DNA from: Octopus bimaculoides
Lineage: Eukaryota
Assembly (NCBI RefSeq): GCF_001194135.2
Contig: NC_068991.1
Location: forward strand, 26,839,647 to 26,903,646
Reading direction: 5' to 3'
DNA length: 64,000 nucleotides
Part shown: positions 12,320-26,234 of the stretch, in pieces
Layout of the letters: each line of letters starts with the position of its first letter
Numbering within the stretch: the first letter of the stretch is position 1
Position numbers and translations under genes: made by a program
Notes under the pieces: generated by a model
The model's database searches: none
What the model saw: the letters and a program-made list of their open reading frames with translations, nothing else
Told to the model about the DNA's origin: nothing

Positions 12320-13790
12320 TTACTTTTAAACTGCATGTTTGTGACAATCACTTGCCGAGAAACACCCAACGTCCTAGTACCACTGAAAGCTTGGGGAGGA
12401 GAAGAGGCAGGGGCAGTGGAAAGATATCTTCATGTAATACGACACAGACATTTATATTGATAAGGTTTTTCTAAGGATGTGGGCAGTAATTGTCAGCACA
12501 ATCTTTTGGATTTCTCTGAGACATGATTCTCCTGGGATATTATCTAGATGCTTTTGACATCCATTTCTCACCATACCTAGGGCACCCACAATAACAGGAA
12601 TTGTCGTTGCTTTAAGGTGCCACTTTTTTTGTATTTCAAATTCTAGGTCCTTATATTTACTTAATTCGTTAAATTCCTTCACATGTTTTCTTTTTTTTTA
12701 TCGGTGGGAACACTTACATCTATTAGTCTCCAAGTATTTTCTTCTCTGTATTTAATGACTATGTCTGGTCGATTATCCTGGATCGTTCTGTTGGTGTTGA
12801 CTGGAAAATCCCAGAGGATAGTGACATTTTTACCTTCAACGACTGACTCAGTAAGAAGGGGTGTTGATTTTATAGCGTTTACATATTTTCCAATGTAAAT
12901 GTTGTCCTACACTATGCTTCTCAGCACCTGATGGGTTGTTGCTTGATCTACATCAGCATTTCGGCTTCGAAATATATACTGCCCACGCAGAGGCTTCTGG
13001 CTTCCTCGCTCCTCAATTTGTTTCTACCCGTCCTTTTTTCTATACCTCTAATTATTATTATTATTGTTGTTTATGTTGTTGATGTTGTTGTTTTTGTTGT
13101 TATTTTTTGCTGTAGGTTTCCAGCGCTATAGCGAACTACTGCGATTGCGCTCGAGTTTATTGCCGAAATTATGTTTCTGGTATTCAATTTGGAAGTCAAT
13201 ATTGCTGTCACTTACCGCAGGTACTCTCTGTTTTTTGTTTCTTTCATGTCGTTGTGTTTAATTCCATTTGCTTCAAGTATTCCCAGGTATTCATAGCTGG
13301 ATTAAGGTTGAATTGCCTTCACCATTTCTCTTGGCATATATATGCCTTCTGTCCTGACAAGCTTTCCTCGTCTCATCACCATCGTAGCACGTTTTGAGAG
13401 TCCAAACTCCATCTTCATCTCATTGGAGAAAATCCGTACAGACTGGACTAAGCTGTCCAGTCCTGTCTCACTTTTATGAATAACTTCCAGTCGTCCATGA
13501 ATAGCAAATATTTTAATCTTCCTTTACCTCTTCCCAGATCATACCCCGAATGTTTTTACTGTAGTATTTCACTCAAGGGGACCGTTTGCAGCACAAAGAA
13601 GAGTGGGGACACACTGTCCCCCTGGAAGATTCTTCTCTTGATTTTCACCTCTCTTATTATTTTATTCCCTGCTCGTAATTCCTTTCTCCAATATTATATA
13701 CTAATCCATATAAGGAATCTGGTGCTTTCTCCTATTCCATACATTTCAGCTGCTCTTATTATCTAGGTGTGTGGCATCATGTCATATGCT
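12320..13790 (-). mobile_element. Internally deleted R4/Dong-clade non-LTR retrotransposon (RT plus restriction-like endonuclease)
   Basis: RT motifs IFQGDSVSPLLFV, LLFMDD, MEFGLSK and YEYLGILE. REL motifs ILWDFPV, NRPDIVI, KYKDLE, IPVIVGALG and IQKIVL...AHILRK. Confidence 0.9.
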
Positions 13791-13811
13791 TTACGATAGT
13801 TAATCCATGAT

Positions 13812-14106
<295 letters not shown>

Positions 14107-14633
14107 TTATGTTTGACTTTTGTTTTGCATTTGTACAAGTTGGATCCAAGTCTCACCCAGAGACCTCAAGAGACAACAAGTTAGAAGTTCATGTAGGTGT
14201 TATGCCTAGGGTACCATATATTTGGATTTGTACAGTTTTTTTCTAGTGAATGTTTAAGAAACCATGAGAAAATTACGTGTTTGTTTTAAAATTTGAGATC
14301 ACATAGACAGTATTTTACGTAGCATATGGGCAGTTCCCATGAGCACTATCTTTTGAANNNNNNNNNNNNNNNNNNNNNNNNNNNNNNNNNNNNNNNNNNN
14401 NNNNNNNNNNNNNNNNNNNNNNNNNNNNNNNNNNNNNNNNNNNNNNNNNNNNNNNNNNNNNNNNNNNNNNNNNNNNNNNNNNNNNNNNNNNNNNNNNNNN
14501 NNNNNNNNNNNNNNNNNNNNNNNNNNNNNNNNNNNNTCCACATTTTGCTAATTTCTATTTCAAGATCTTTATATTTGCTCAGTTTTTGGTAGGTCTTGAC
14601 AGATACGTTTATATCGATTGGGACATTCATCGA

Positions 14634-14636
<3 letters not shown>
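14107..14636 (-). mobile_element. 5'-truncated R4/Dong LINE 3' end (with N gap)
   Basis: VPIDINVSVKTYQKLSKYKDLEIEISKMW...QKIVLMGTAHMLRKILSM* followed by the 3' UTR. (ATT)n on both sides. Confidence 0.9.
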
Positions 14637-14680
<44 letters not shown>

Positions 14681-14704
14681 ATTATTATTATTATTATTAT
14701 TATT

Positions 14705-14800
<96 letters not shown>

Positions 14801-14829
14801 GTTGTTCTTGTTGTTGTTGTTCTTGTTGT

Positions 14830-15895
14830 TGTCTTTACACACTTTCAGCACTCGAGATGTACTACGGTGCCAGCTGTTTTCAATACAAGTGAACTAAGGT
14901 AACACCCCTTACTTTTCGAGTAACATCCGGAATGTTTGAGCGGTTCTAAGCAGTGTTGTTTTCTTTATTTGTTCCATGTTTTTCTCAAGAATTTTGCACA
15001 CTGTTTCCAGGGCTCCGACTACTACCACTTTTTTCATCGTCCACAACTGTTTAACCTCCGAAGCTAACCTGCTATATTTATTCACTTTTCTTTTATTTTC
15101 CGTATCGCATATCTTGTTGTCTATCTCCCTCTTCAGTCTTTCTTTCTGTAACCATAACCATATCTTACAACTACTATTTGCTGCAACTATCTTTGGAAAT
15201 CTGATTTTAAACTTCTTTTGTTTTTTGTTTTTTTTTGTTTCCCTATGTGTTGCTGTCACTTAGCAGATTTTAATATTATTTCTTCAGTATTACCTATACA
15301 GGAGTCTATATCTAATCTAGCTCACTCCACGCAGTCTTCTACTGATATTAACCCTGTTCCGCCTAACTTTCTAGGTAAGTATAATCTTGCTACTCCTAAT
15401 ATTAGGTTGAGTCCTTCATTGATATTGAATTCCTTCCTAGTTCTTCTCTCTAGTAGTGCTAAATCTGTTTTTGTCCAATCTACTAAAGCTGCTGAGTAGT
15501 TAAATAATGATACTGACAAAGATTTTACAGCTTTCACTAGATTCGGACCGTTTAGCTTTGACTTCATTTGCTTCCTCACCCTTCTGATGCACTCCTCAAT
15601 TTTCGCTTTCATTTCTATACTTAGTAGTAACTCGTCAAATTTTAATACTCCTAGATACTTATAACTCTCTCCTTCTTTCAAGGATTTTAATGTCTGGCCA
15701 TCTGGTAATTGATTGCCTTCACTGTTGACTACGTATCTCATTCTCATGACTAATATTGCATACTTATCTTTGCCAAATTCCATGCCTATATCTTTGTTGA
15801 ATAGTGTTATAGTCTGTATTAAGGAATCTATCTCTTTTTCATTCTTACTAAAATGCTTCAGATGATCAATATAGAGGAAATGGTTAATCTTTTCG
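14830..15895 (-). mobile_element. Internally deleted R4/Dong LINE of a second subfamily (RT to REL 3' end)
   Basis: INHFLYIDHLK, MEFGKDKYA, SYKYLGVL, ARLYLPRKLGGTGLISVEDC; ends KTTLLRTAQTFRMLLEK*. Confidence 0.85.
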
Positions 15896-16587
15896 TTACT
15901 ATTTCTGAAATGATACTTTGTCCTTGCCTTTCTTAATATAGGTTTCTAAGTAATAAAACAAATTCATAGAAAAGACATTGCGCGATAGAGTGCTTAAAGC
16001 ATAAACAATGGATGAAAGCGTATGATTATGATAACAATGAGATAAAACCAAAACAGTTTTCGTGCTAATTTGATTGCTTGAAATGTTAAATAGATTGCCC
16101 CGAAAGGAATTTGAATACTGAAAAATGCTTCCTCGCATTCTAACTAATTTGAATGCTCTCAACGAGCATTTTAATTTGAATAATGCAAATGATAAATTAT
16201 TTGACCGGAGTGCGAAATTGAATGATCAAAAACGAATTTGAATGACTAACGTCATGGTGCTAATTTTTTTTTTGCGACTTTGAATGACCGATTGTTAAAT
16301 TGAATGACAAACGTACGAAAGTGAATGCAAAAACCTATGCTAAACTGAGGGGGATCATATATAAGACAAATATTAAAGGGGACAAAGACTCTCATGAAAA
16401 ATTGCTCTCTTGATATTAACTTTCCCTAAGATTGTGTCACCTGCGTACAGATCTACTTTCCCTTTCTTCATGCTGAAGCTAATTATTATCTTATGAATAT
16501 ACTCAAACATTTACTCGCCCATGAGTATGGGGACATGTCATAGGTTTTCTTATAATCTATCCATGGTATTATTAGATTAATTATATA

Positions 16588-16635
<48 letters not shown>

Positions 16636-17010
16636 GAGTGAGAGAGCAACGCATGACACCAAAGTGACAGTGGGGTATAATTATACGAAGCCCAATATTA
16701 CCATCATGCCTACCCGCCTGATAAGGGTACACTAGGTACATGCATCGCAACCACATGTGTGCGACATGGTAATCGTATATAAAGATAAAGAGCGCATGAC
16801 CTGGCAGGTGGGACCCAGTTAGAATTTTCTTCATCTTCAGTAGGCCATCCCGCTCAAAATGTCCCTGGGATGATGAACGAAACACCCATGTTTCTAGAGT
16901 TGAATTATTGAAACCCCAAAGAATTCTTCTCAACACATGGCTATGATGCTCCTCCACTACTTCTGCTCGTGATTAGAGATACACATATCGTCAGCCACCA
17001 AGAGACATGC
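16636..17010 (-). mobile_element. Non-coding interspersed repeat (long SINE-like/non-autonomous element), 3' portion
   Basis: Reverse complement of part of 27969-28515. Flanked by trinucleotide arrays. Confidence 0.75.
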
Positions 17011-17044
<34 letters not shown>

Positions 17045-17091
17045 AATCATCATCATTATTATTATTATTATTATTATCATCATCATCATCA

Positions 17092-17146
<55 letters not shown>

Positions 17147-17167
17147 CATCATCATCATCATCATCAT

Positions 17168-17395
17168 TAAGGTGTCGTGCTGGCAGAATCGATACCAGCT
17201 GAGCAAAATGTTTAGTGGTATTTCGCCTGTCGCTACGCCCTGAGCTGAAATTCCGCCGAAGGCAACTTTGCCTTTCATCCTTTCGTGCTCGATGAATTAC
17301 GTATCAGCCGAGTACCAGGGTTTATGGAATCGACTATCCCCGATCACTAGGAAAAATTTCAGGCCTTGGGCCTTTAGTAGAAAGGATTATCATTA
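17168..17395 (+). mobile_element. tRNA-derived SINE (family A)
   Basis: Head ...gctggcagaatcg... with B-box-like gagctgaaattcc; body ctttgcctttcatcc; tail ttgggcctttagtagaaagg. Many copies in the window. Confidence 0.85.
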
Positions 17396-17818
17396 TTATA
17401 TTTTGTTGTACTATATTTTTATGAGCTAACTAGCCAACTTTCGTGGACTTAGCTTCATTCAATTTCAGCCCTTCTTGGTCTGAAATTGTTTTTCAATTTC
17501 AAACTGACAATGTTTGGAGCACAAAAAATCGCCAAATTCTTCGGTAAAAACCTAGTTGAAAGAAAAGACAATTGTGATTCAGCTTTGTCACCGTTGATCT
17601 CAAACCAGCACCACAACTACCACTGCCGCCCTAAATGAGACCAGTAACGAAAATAAAACCAACAGCACCAGCAACAATTCATATCAGCAAAAACCTCAAC
17701 GGAAACAATAACAAGCATGAAAATGACATGAACACAATTTTAATCTGTCCGACCAACACACCTACACCACCACCACAACCACCCGCCACCAGAAAAGAAG
17801 AAATAACAGACAACTCAC

Positions 17819-17876
17819 CTATCGCTGTCTTCGCAAATATTGCTTGCCCAACGAATGCAAGAAGAAATTACTATCT
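17819..17876 (-). other. Candidate 58-nt cassette exon F
   Basis: Acceptor aattcgttcacag and consensus donor AG|GTGAGT. Open only on phase 1 entry (xIVISSCIRWASNICEDSD). May be a pseudo-exon. Confidence 0.2.
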
Positions 17877-18135
17877 CTGTGAACGAATTTAAACAGGCAA
17901 ACTCATGTTCTCGAACCAGGAAAACAATAAAGTGAACTATTACGTTCTTCGTTCAGCAAGAACCAAAGTAAAAATGATTACTTATAGAATAATTAGTATG
18001 AAGACAAACAGCGACACAAAAGACAGAAAAATCTCTAAAATCAGTCTGGAGTATGAAAAGTAAACGGAAGAAGTGCAATAAGACACTACTACTACTACTA
18101 CTACTACTACTATTATTATTATTATTATCATTATT

Positions 18136-18320
18136 AAAGTGGTGAGCTGGCAGAAAAGATACTGCGCCGGACAAAGTGCTTAGCGGCATTTCGTCTGTCT
18201 TCTCGTTTTGAATTCAAATTCTGCAGAGGTCGACTTCGCCTTTCAACATTTCGGGGTCGATAAATTAAATACTAGTGAATCTCTGGGGTTAATGTAATCG
18301 ACTAATCCGCTGAGAACGGA
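18136..18320 (+). mobile_element. tRNA-derived SINE (family A)
   Basis: ggtgagctggcagaa...ttcaaattc...gtcgacttcgcctttc...ggggtcgataaattaa. Confidence 0.85.
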
Positions 18321-18339
18321 TTATTATTATTATTATTAT

Positions 18340-18720
18340 TCAGTAGTTTTATTTTTATAACGTGCTTTCACTTCACTACCGAGCGCAGCTCTGTGCGCCT
18401 TGGGTATGTGCTGTNNNNNNNNNNNNNNNNNNNNNNNNNNNNNNNNNNNNNNNNNNNNNNNNNNNNNNNNNNNNNNNNNNNNNNNNNNNNNNNNNNNNNN
18501 NNNNNNNNNNNNNNNNNNACCCAGTAGTGCAATTTTCTGTATGTTATATATATTTGTAAGTCCTGGTGTTTTTGTTATGTATTTGTCTGAATATTTTTTT
18601 ATTATACCTAAGGCACCTACTATGATAGGAATTGTTTCTGTTTTTAGATTCCACATTCGAGTTATCTCTATTTCCAGGTCTTTGTATTTTGAAAGTTTTT
18701 CCATTTCTTTTAGAGAAACG
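18340..18720 (-). mobile_element. 5'-truncated R4/Dong LINE 3' end
   Basis: KEMEKLSKYKDLEIEITRMWNLKTETIPIIVGALG...IQKIALLG. (ATT)n on both sides. Confidence 0.9.
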
Positions 18721-18768
<48 letters not shown>

Positions 18769-18816
18769 ATTATTATTATTATTGTTATTGTTATTTTCAT
18801 TATTATTATTATTATT

Positions 18817-19050
18817 AAGGCGGCGAGCTGGCAGAATCGTTAGAACGCTGGACAAAATGCTAAGCAGTATTTCGCCCGTCGCTACGTTTTGAGTTCAAAT
18901 TCCGCCGAGATCGCTGTTGCCTTTCATCGTTTCGGAGTCGAGAAACTAAGTGCCAGTGAAACACTGATGTTGATGTAATCAACTAGACCTCCCCACTTAA
19001 ATTTCAGACATTGTACTTTTAGTAGAAGGGATTAATATTATTATTATTAT
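18817..19050 (+). mobile_element. tRNA-derived SINE (family A), near full length
   Basis: aaggcggcgagctggcagaatcgttagaacg...gagttcaaattccgccgag...tagtagaagggatt. Confidence 0.9.
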
Positions 19051-19087
19051 TGAATGTAGTAATAACAAAAGTAGTAAAAATAAAAGG

Positions 19088-19260
19088 GACAGAATGCTAA
19101 GCGTTATTTCTTCCGACGCTTTGCGTTCTCATTTCATATACCGCCAAGATCAACTTTGCATGTTATCATTCAGGCTTCTACGTACCAGTTGAGCCCAGTG
19201 CTCAACTTACCCCTCCTCTCAAAATTACCTACCCTGTGTCAGTAGTCGAAAAAATTAGAA
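19088..19260 (+). mobile_element. Degenerate family A SINE
   Basis: aatgctaagcgttatttc...ccgccaagatcaactttgc...gtaccagttgagcccagtg. Confidence 0.6.
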
Positions 19261-19276
19261 GTAGTAGTAGTAGTAA

Positions 19277-19334
<58 letters not shown>

Positions 19335-19433
19335 GCTGCTGCTGGTGTTGCTGGTGCTGGTTTTAATAGTAGTAGTAATCGTTCTAAAAAGAATTGATGC
19401 TACTGTCCATAACCATTCAAGAACCGGACTCAC

Positions 19434-19476
19434 ATGTGCAAACGACGAAACTGATGAGCATTGCCAGCTTCTGTAC
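19434..19476 (-). other. Candidate 43-nt cassette exon E
   Basis: Acceptor ttatatctacag and donor CAT|GTGAGT. All three frames are open; frame 0 reads VQKLAMLISFVVCT. Confidence 0.25.
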
Positions 19477-20366
19477 CTGTAGATATAATGCTTTTAACTA
19501 AAGGCATGGAATGAGAAAAGAATGAATAAGAGTGAGAAAATACCGTTTGCAAAATTTTACGAACTACAGGAGACAAGAATAGCCCAAACTTTGACACATG
19601 TCTAACAGATTTAGCTATTACTATTGAGAAATAAAGAAATAAATGTGATATTTCTAACGTGTTTTAAATAAACTGTCTTTATTATCGCATATCAATATGG
19701 CTGCGATAATAAGTAGGATTATATAAGAATATAATTCGTGATTCCTAATCTTTGCATAACACGCGCATAGATTTGCAAGCTGCAAGTCAATGATAACTAA
19801 ATTCGATTAATAGTTAATTGGTTTAGTCTACGTATTTATAGGGGGTGATTTATACAGAACTTTTGATGGAACCTCACCTCCCCTATCACAAGAAGTTGCT
19901 GAAGTCATCGGGCTACACATCTTTATCGAAAAACTGACGACAATTCAATTATGAATACGGAAATGAAAATTTGATATGTTGAAATATTTATTTTAGAGTA
20001 AATATATTCAACACCAAGGACAAGATATTAGTCAATCAAATTTGCGGAGAAATATCAAGGAAACAACTTCAAATATATAATGAGAAAAAGTTAAAAGTAA
20101 CAAAAAAATTATATTCAATGAAATAATTGAATATTGAAAAGACTACACAGAAATAGGAATAATCTAATAATGTATTATAAAATGTTGATATAAATATCGA
20201 CAATGAAATAGTAACACTGNNNNNNNNNNNNNNNNNNNNNNNNNNNNNNNNNNNNNNNNNNNNNNNNNNNNNNNNNNNNNNNNNNNNNNNNNNNNNNNNN
20301 NNNNNNNNNNNNNNNNNNNNNNNNNNNNNNNNCGTATGTATGTATGTATGTATGTATGCCTGTTTG

Positions 20367-20397
<31 letters not shown>

Positions 20398-23030
20398 GTG
20401 TGTTTAAGCGCAGTGATACAGACTATAACTGGGGAGTGCAACCACATAACTGTGAACCGTTCCAGAAACAAAATGAGAAATATATTTGAAAGTGTTTTTT
20501 TTTTCATTTTTTCCAATCAATGAATATATGAAATGTTTGGAAATCGCATTAGAAGTCTCGTAAGCAAAATCTAGATAACAAATGTATTTCGAATTTGAGA
20601 CCGTAAATCAATAATTTCAAACATGATTTTTGTTTTAGCAAGGAAATCGATCGATCAGAAATAGATGTTCAATAGCAGTAGATATGATGCAAATTTTCTT
20701 CATTTCGAGAAATCTTCGATTGTTTTTAAAACAAAGAAATGATAAGAAATTAAAATAAAAATTAGATAAAACTGCGTATTTCTTTGATTACTTTTCATAG
20801 AATTTAAGTCAAAACTAAACTTGATGAAAAAGCTAAAGTTAGAACATGATAAATGTAAGAAAAAGAAAGAGAAATAAACAAAGGGAAAAAAAGACATTCC
20901 AAAAATAAATGAAAAAACCTTTATGTTATTTCAATCTTACTTTTCTTGTAAAGACGACTGAAAACGGACAATGATATAACAGTAAATAATATTTCGAATG
21001 AAAGAGAATCAAATCAAATAAGAACTATTAAAAATTAGTTTATTGATTTTTCAATGTAGGCACGCGGCATCTGATGTGTGTGGAGCAGAAAGAGAGACAA
21101 GAGAACTAGATGAGTGATGTTGATGATATTTTAAAGAGCTTGACACAAAAATTGAATTGATAGTGGCTATAAATCGGAACGGTAAATGAGTTGCGACTTT
21201 CGTCCATTCAGGATTTATTATATTCAGTGGTAATTTGGATTTTTTTTCTGAAAGTTTCGAAATTCTGTTGATAATCGGAATAGCCTTATAGCATAGACAC
21301 TCCATAATAGTCTGCATTTTCCCACTCCTTGTTCTTTATATTGAAATTTAACAGCATTGGGCAATCTCAAACTGAAACCATTTGCCTGAGTGTGCTGCTA
21401 TTTCATACCTTTCAGATTTATAGGCTCAGCATCGTGTTTCACACCACTTCGTACCAATAAAAATAAAACATTCCGTCAGTAGCGTTGATATTACGTATAA
21501 TAGCAAAACTGGGTTAACCAAGTTCTGAATATCTACTTCAGGTGTTATCACATTGAATCAATGGAATACATTTCATAGCCGCCATTAACTCTGCGATATT
21601 GGCGAATAGATTCGATTTCGAAATACGAAATTGATTTGATATCAGTTAATGGAATCTAAATTTGTTGTTGATTGGAATTAAGTTCATCAGCCTCATAATA
21701 TCTAAACGGCAAGAATGTAAACGATTGAAATTGAATGCACTAAAGTATCTCTTCTGTTCAGTCGTACATGAAGCGTTCTCACTACTCGGGGGGAAATACA
21801 CTGCTGATGCTCTCATATTAATTAGCTGTCAAGACAACAAATATTTTGGCACCAAAGTAGAATGCGCCACCCACTTGGATCCCTCTTGCATTGCCTTGCT
21901 GCTTTTCAAACAATTTCTCACGTGCCATGTTGATGCTTCTTCTATTCCATTGTGACAATCTATTCTCCATCGGAGAAATCTACATAATTACTTTTCGAAT
22001 GAAAGAGAAACATTCTATTGGCGTACCATTGACATTGACTTTTTAATAAAATATACTCTAGAATTTGATATAAACCTAAGCTTTATAATCATCGATAATC
22101 TTACTTTCAGATGCCACATATAACAAAATGTGCGTCCACAAAAATTCCTTCAGGGTCAATTAATATCTTGATAAGTCGTGGACCAATCACAATGTTGCAT
22201 TAACACACACACACTACTGATAATGTACTATTCCCATACAGCAGAAAGTGCCACTACAATACACACATGTTCATAAAGACGAACACACATACATATAGCA
22301 GTGATCCATATTAAATTCCATTCAATCACCCCACGCACTAAGTAGCACAACGTACCACAAACAGGAAAGAAAATGATATATTTTATATTTAGCTCTTCCT
22401 AGACAATCACATGACATATAAAATATAGAGTAGACAATAGCAAAACGAGGCTCAAACATACTTAGAATAATTTAGGTGTACAAGCAATGCATTAGAAATG
22501 ACATAGATCATGCCGTCATTCTGTGTAACACCAATGTTTGTTAAACAAAAATAATAAGAATAACAATCACAAAACATCAAAAAGCGCACCATAATAAATT
22601 CTAAAATTGTACACATATTACGTTCATGGATTTACTACACAGCGAAAACACAATAGGAAACAATAAAAAAAGGGACATGCACAATACATGATTTGTTGCC
22701 GCAGTAATCTACAACACTGAACACTACTTAAATATAGAGGAAAAATAATGTTAAACACCTACAAACAAGGAAAGGAATTATGAAACATTTCAGAGCACAA
22801 CACATTTCTAAAACTGTTTTCTCACACTCAGATAAATCAAGTATAAGGATTGAAAACACCTAGAGATATTTGCAACCATAAAAAGGTATCGGTGAATTTA
22901 AACATTGTCATGTGTTGATCAAGACTAATATCTAGTGTAAAGAATCTGGAAATGGTGCAAATCTACATTTCTTGAATTGTCTCTGAGCATCATCGGAAGT
23001 AGCATGCATACAAAGACTAGATAAAAGAGG

Positions 23031-23110
23031 CTAATATATCTGGATTGCCACACTGTATACCCTGCAATGAAATCCTGCATGCTGGAACGCCCACCATAGT
23101 CTTTTGCTAG
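23031..23110 (-). CDS. Candidate (alternative terminal) exon B; phase 1 entry xSKRLWWAFQHAGFHCRVYSVAIQIY*
   Basis: Acceptor ttcttttatctaatgtctacag at 23111 and locally GC-richer sequence. It is followed by about 2 kb with no recognisable transposon, which looks like a 3' UTR (minus AATAAA near 21040). Frame 0 (LAKDYGGRSSMQDFIAG...) is also open. Confidence 0.35.
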
Positions 23111-25283
23111 CTGTAGACATTAGATAAAAGAACTGATCGACTGTGAATTGTGAAACGCCATTTCACTGAATAACTGTGTGCTATAAAATGGAAAGTATGT
23201 TCAGTGATGTCCCTGTGATAACAGCAATAAGTGTTTTACTCAAGACACTGAAACAATGTGCCAACAAAGAGGCCTGAGCTACGAATATCATATATTTAAG
23301 GCCTGTAAACTATGTACCAGACTCTTGTTCAAGAAAAAAAAAACACTTGGTATAACGTATTCGCAGATACATCTAAAATAATGATATTATTGGGTTGATT
23401 GCCATTGAGCATTGACGTGCTTAACACAGGAACTGCTGGATGCATACTATATATTTTTACCAAAAGTATTTTGAAAAGTTTTATTTAGGCATTTAGTGTA
23501 TTGCGGTCTTTCATATATGCTGCCTAGCATTTTCTTTCTGTATCGATATAGTTTATCTGATTTCCTGTGAAACGGGAAATAATATTGTATACGTCTCAAA
23601 AGCTATTATTCATATGGGTAAAAGGTAAAACCCAATACTGCAATATGGTTTATGCCAATTTTTATCATCTATTTTCCATTTCTGAACTAGATAGCAAGGA
23701 ATGCAGGAGAATATTTTCTCTATCGAGGAAATTAAATAATGTACATATATAGTAGTGCATGTCAAAAGTACGAAGGAAAATGTGAAGAGCGAAGAAAAAG
23801 TATATAATGAAGGTGGGGGCAGTCGATTACAATGACACCCCACCTGGAAGAATCAGTTGGGCCGACAGATATCGCAAATCGTTTACAACCATCGAAGCCA
23901 GCAATGTTGATATACGTAAAAAGCCACTGGAAGTTAATAGCAGTAGAAAAATTATATTTATGAAGTTAGTCCTTCGAAGGGTGATTTTGTGGGTGGGAAT
24001 TAAATAGATATAGGCTATTGCGAGTACAAAGAATGAAGAAGACAAAATAGTAGTGCTGCAATGCGCAGAGACTAGAGAGGCTGTGCAGAGACTGTAGTGA
24101 CTAGAGAGCATGGGTGGGTAGCAATGGAAGGCAACTGCTGGGAGGAGAGAATACAAATGTAGCGACAGATGTAGACTGGGAAGACCACATCTTTTAGCCG
24201 CAAGTTGGAGTGTGTTGATGAGCAACATCTTTGACTTCTGGTGGTAAGAGAAGATTGATATAGCCTAAGATTTCAATAAGTGTAGTAAACCACCGTTCCA
24301 AATGTTGGAATATTACTCGATTTTCCTTTCAATCATTAAAAATCCACTTCAACTATTAACGTGACTAAGCCTAATCAAGAAATAATTGTTGATTCAAATA
24401 ATTGAATTTTATCAGAACTGGTCTTTTAGAAAAGAATTCATATTTATAGTTTTGAAAAAATGGTCAAGGATTCTGAAAGAGAAGAAACTCTTCCGCTAAG
24501 CAGTATGGTGTCGTATTTGTCTGGAATGGTTTACGCATCAAAGACAACACAAGCTCTTTAGAATAGAACAGGCTCTGGGTAAAATGAGTGCGATATCGAT
24601 CGCCACATAGAGTAAGGTAAATGCTTAAAAATGCCTTCAATAGCTCTGGCAGATTTATCTTGGATTTTCACAGGGGACCTATAATTTGCGACTGAGAAAA
24701 TGGAATATGTGATGTTCATACATTTACTAATTGTAGAGTGACCGATGTTACTCACCCTGCCAGTCAAATCTCTCAAACTTTATACTTCGGATCTTTTTCC
24801 TTCCTACACGTGTGATTTTTGTGACCAGCCAAGGCTAAGGACCACCCAAGAAACCCAGCTTAACCACGCCGGATTCTAACCCTGTATTTCTTGGTCACGA
24901 GGTTGACACAATCGACCTTCTTTGCCCCTAAAATTGCTGATATCATGCTAAAATTGGGAAAACATAAATTTTTGTTGTTAAATGATATTTCATAGCATTG
25001 TATGGATTTCTAGTGTTATAGTATATAATATAACATCAGGTATAAAATGCTTTTCTGTTTGTATTTTGTAATGCTATTTGTAAACATGTATCGGTTTACC
25101 TGTTCAAGCCGTAAGTGAATGCATTCTTTTAGTTATGTGTTTTATTAATTGTGGGTCTTGTATCAGCAAGATATCTACGCCATGCCATTATTAAATATTA
25201 ATAGGTATCAATGTCTAGAAATTGGATTTAGAAGGCTCATAGGTAATGAGAAAAGAAAAGAGAGATTGAGCAAGAAAGAAAGA

Positions 25284-25365
<82 letters not shown>

Positions 25366-25877
25366 CAGTTGGAAATCTTATATATCATTAATCTGTGAAT
25401 AAATGTAGAAGTTTACAGGAAAAGAAAAGCGATAAGACGAAGGAGTCAAATTTAAAGTGGTTTTTTTTTCCTTTGATAGAGCTAGTATCGGTAGAGGTTG
25501 TAAGTAAGTTGTAGGAATTATTGATGTTTACAACTTTTAGTTAATGAGATCGGTGGTAGATGTGGAAGTAGCAACCAGCCATGAGGAGAAAATCTGGCTG
25601 ACTTGTTGTCTGTACGTTATCACGATTAGATAAATAAAATGGATGTAAGCATAGATTATTGTTTTAACAACAGCTATTAGATGTATTTGTAGCGCCACAA
25701 ATACTGGTGATGTTTAGCATCTCTGAAGACTTCAAGCAATCAATGCATAGACGATTGTATTATTAAGATATTGTGCAGATATTATCAATTGAAATAGAGA
25801 GGGATTTCAGAGGCTAGACTGAAAATTGGGAAGGCTACTCACAATGCAGTGAGAATTGTACCCTTAAGAGTGGTAAC

Positions 25878-25975
25878 GAATGCTAATTAGTGAATGCTAA
25901 TTAGTCATTAATTAGTGAATGCTAATTTGCCATTGATTAGTGAATGGTAATTAATGAATGCTAATTAGTCATTAA
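25878..25975. repeat. Minisatellite of GAATGCTAATTAGT-like units
   Basis: About 5 imperfect copies visible directly. Confidence 0.8.
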
Positions 25976-26234
25976 TGTTGTATGTTCTTTGAAGAAAATT
26001 TCTTGGGGCGGTATATTAGAAGTGTTATTGGAGCATTGCTCGTTCAGGTGTGAATATCTGGTATAAACAGGGAAAATATTTGCACGGAGACGCAGAGACA
26101 AAGAAAAGAAAGGAATAAGGAAGACGAAGCGAAATAAAATAGAAATAAGAAAAATATTACGGACAGCTTGAAAGAAAGGTGAGCCGAAATACAGATGTCC
26201 ATGGAAAGTGGCAATAGCTAAGGAAGAATGACGT

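Noticed and set aside
19443-19470. CGAAAC immediately followed by TGATGAG (hammerhead core words)
   Set aside because: The two motifs are adjacent with no intervening stem, so the topology cannot form a hammerhead.
23827-24228. 133-aa minus ORF and a GC-richer block
   Set aside because: Composition is not protein-like, there are no splice signals or motifs, and it is probably an old repeat remnant.
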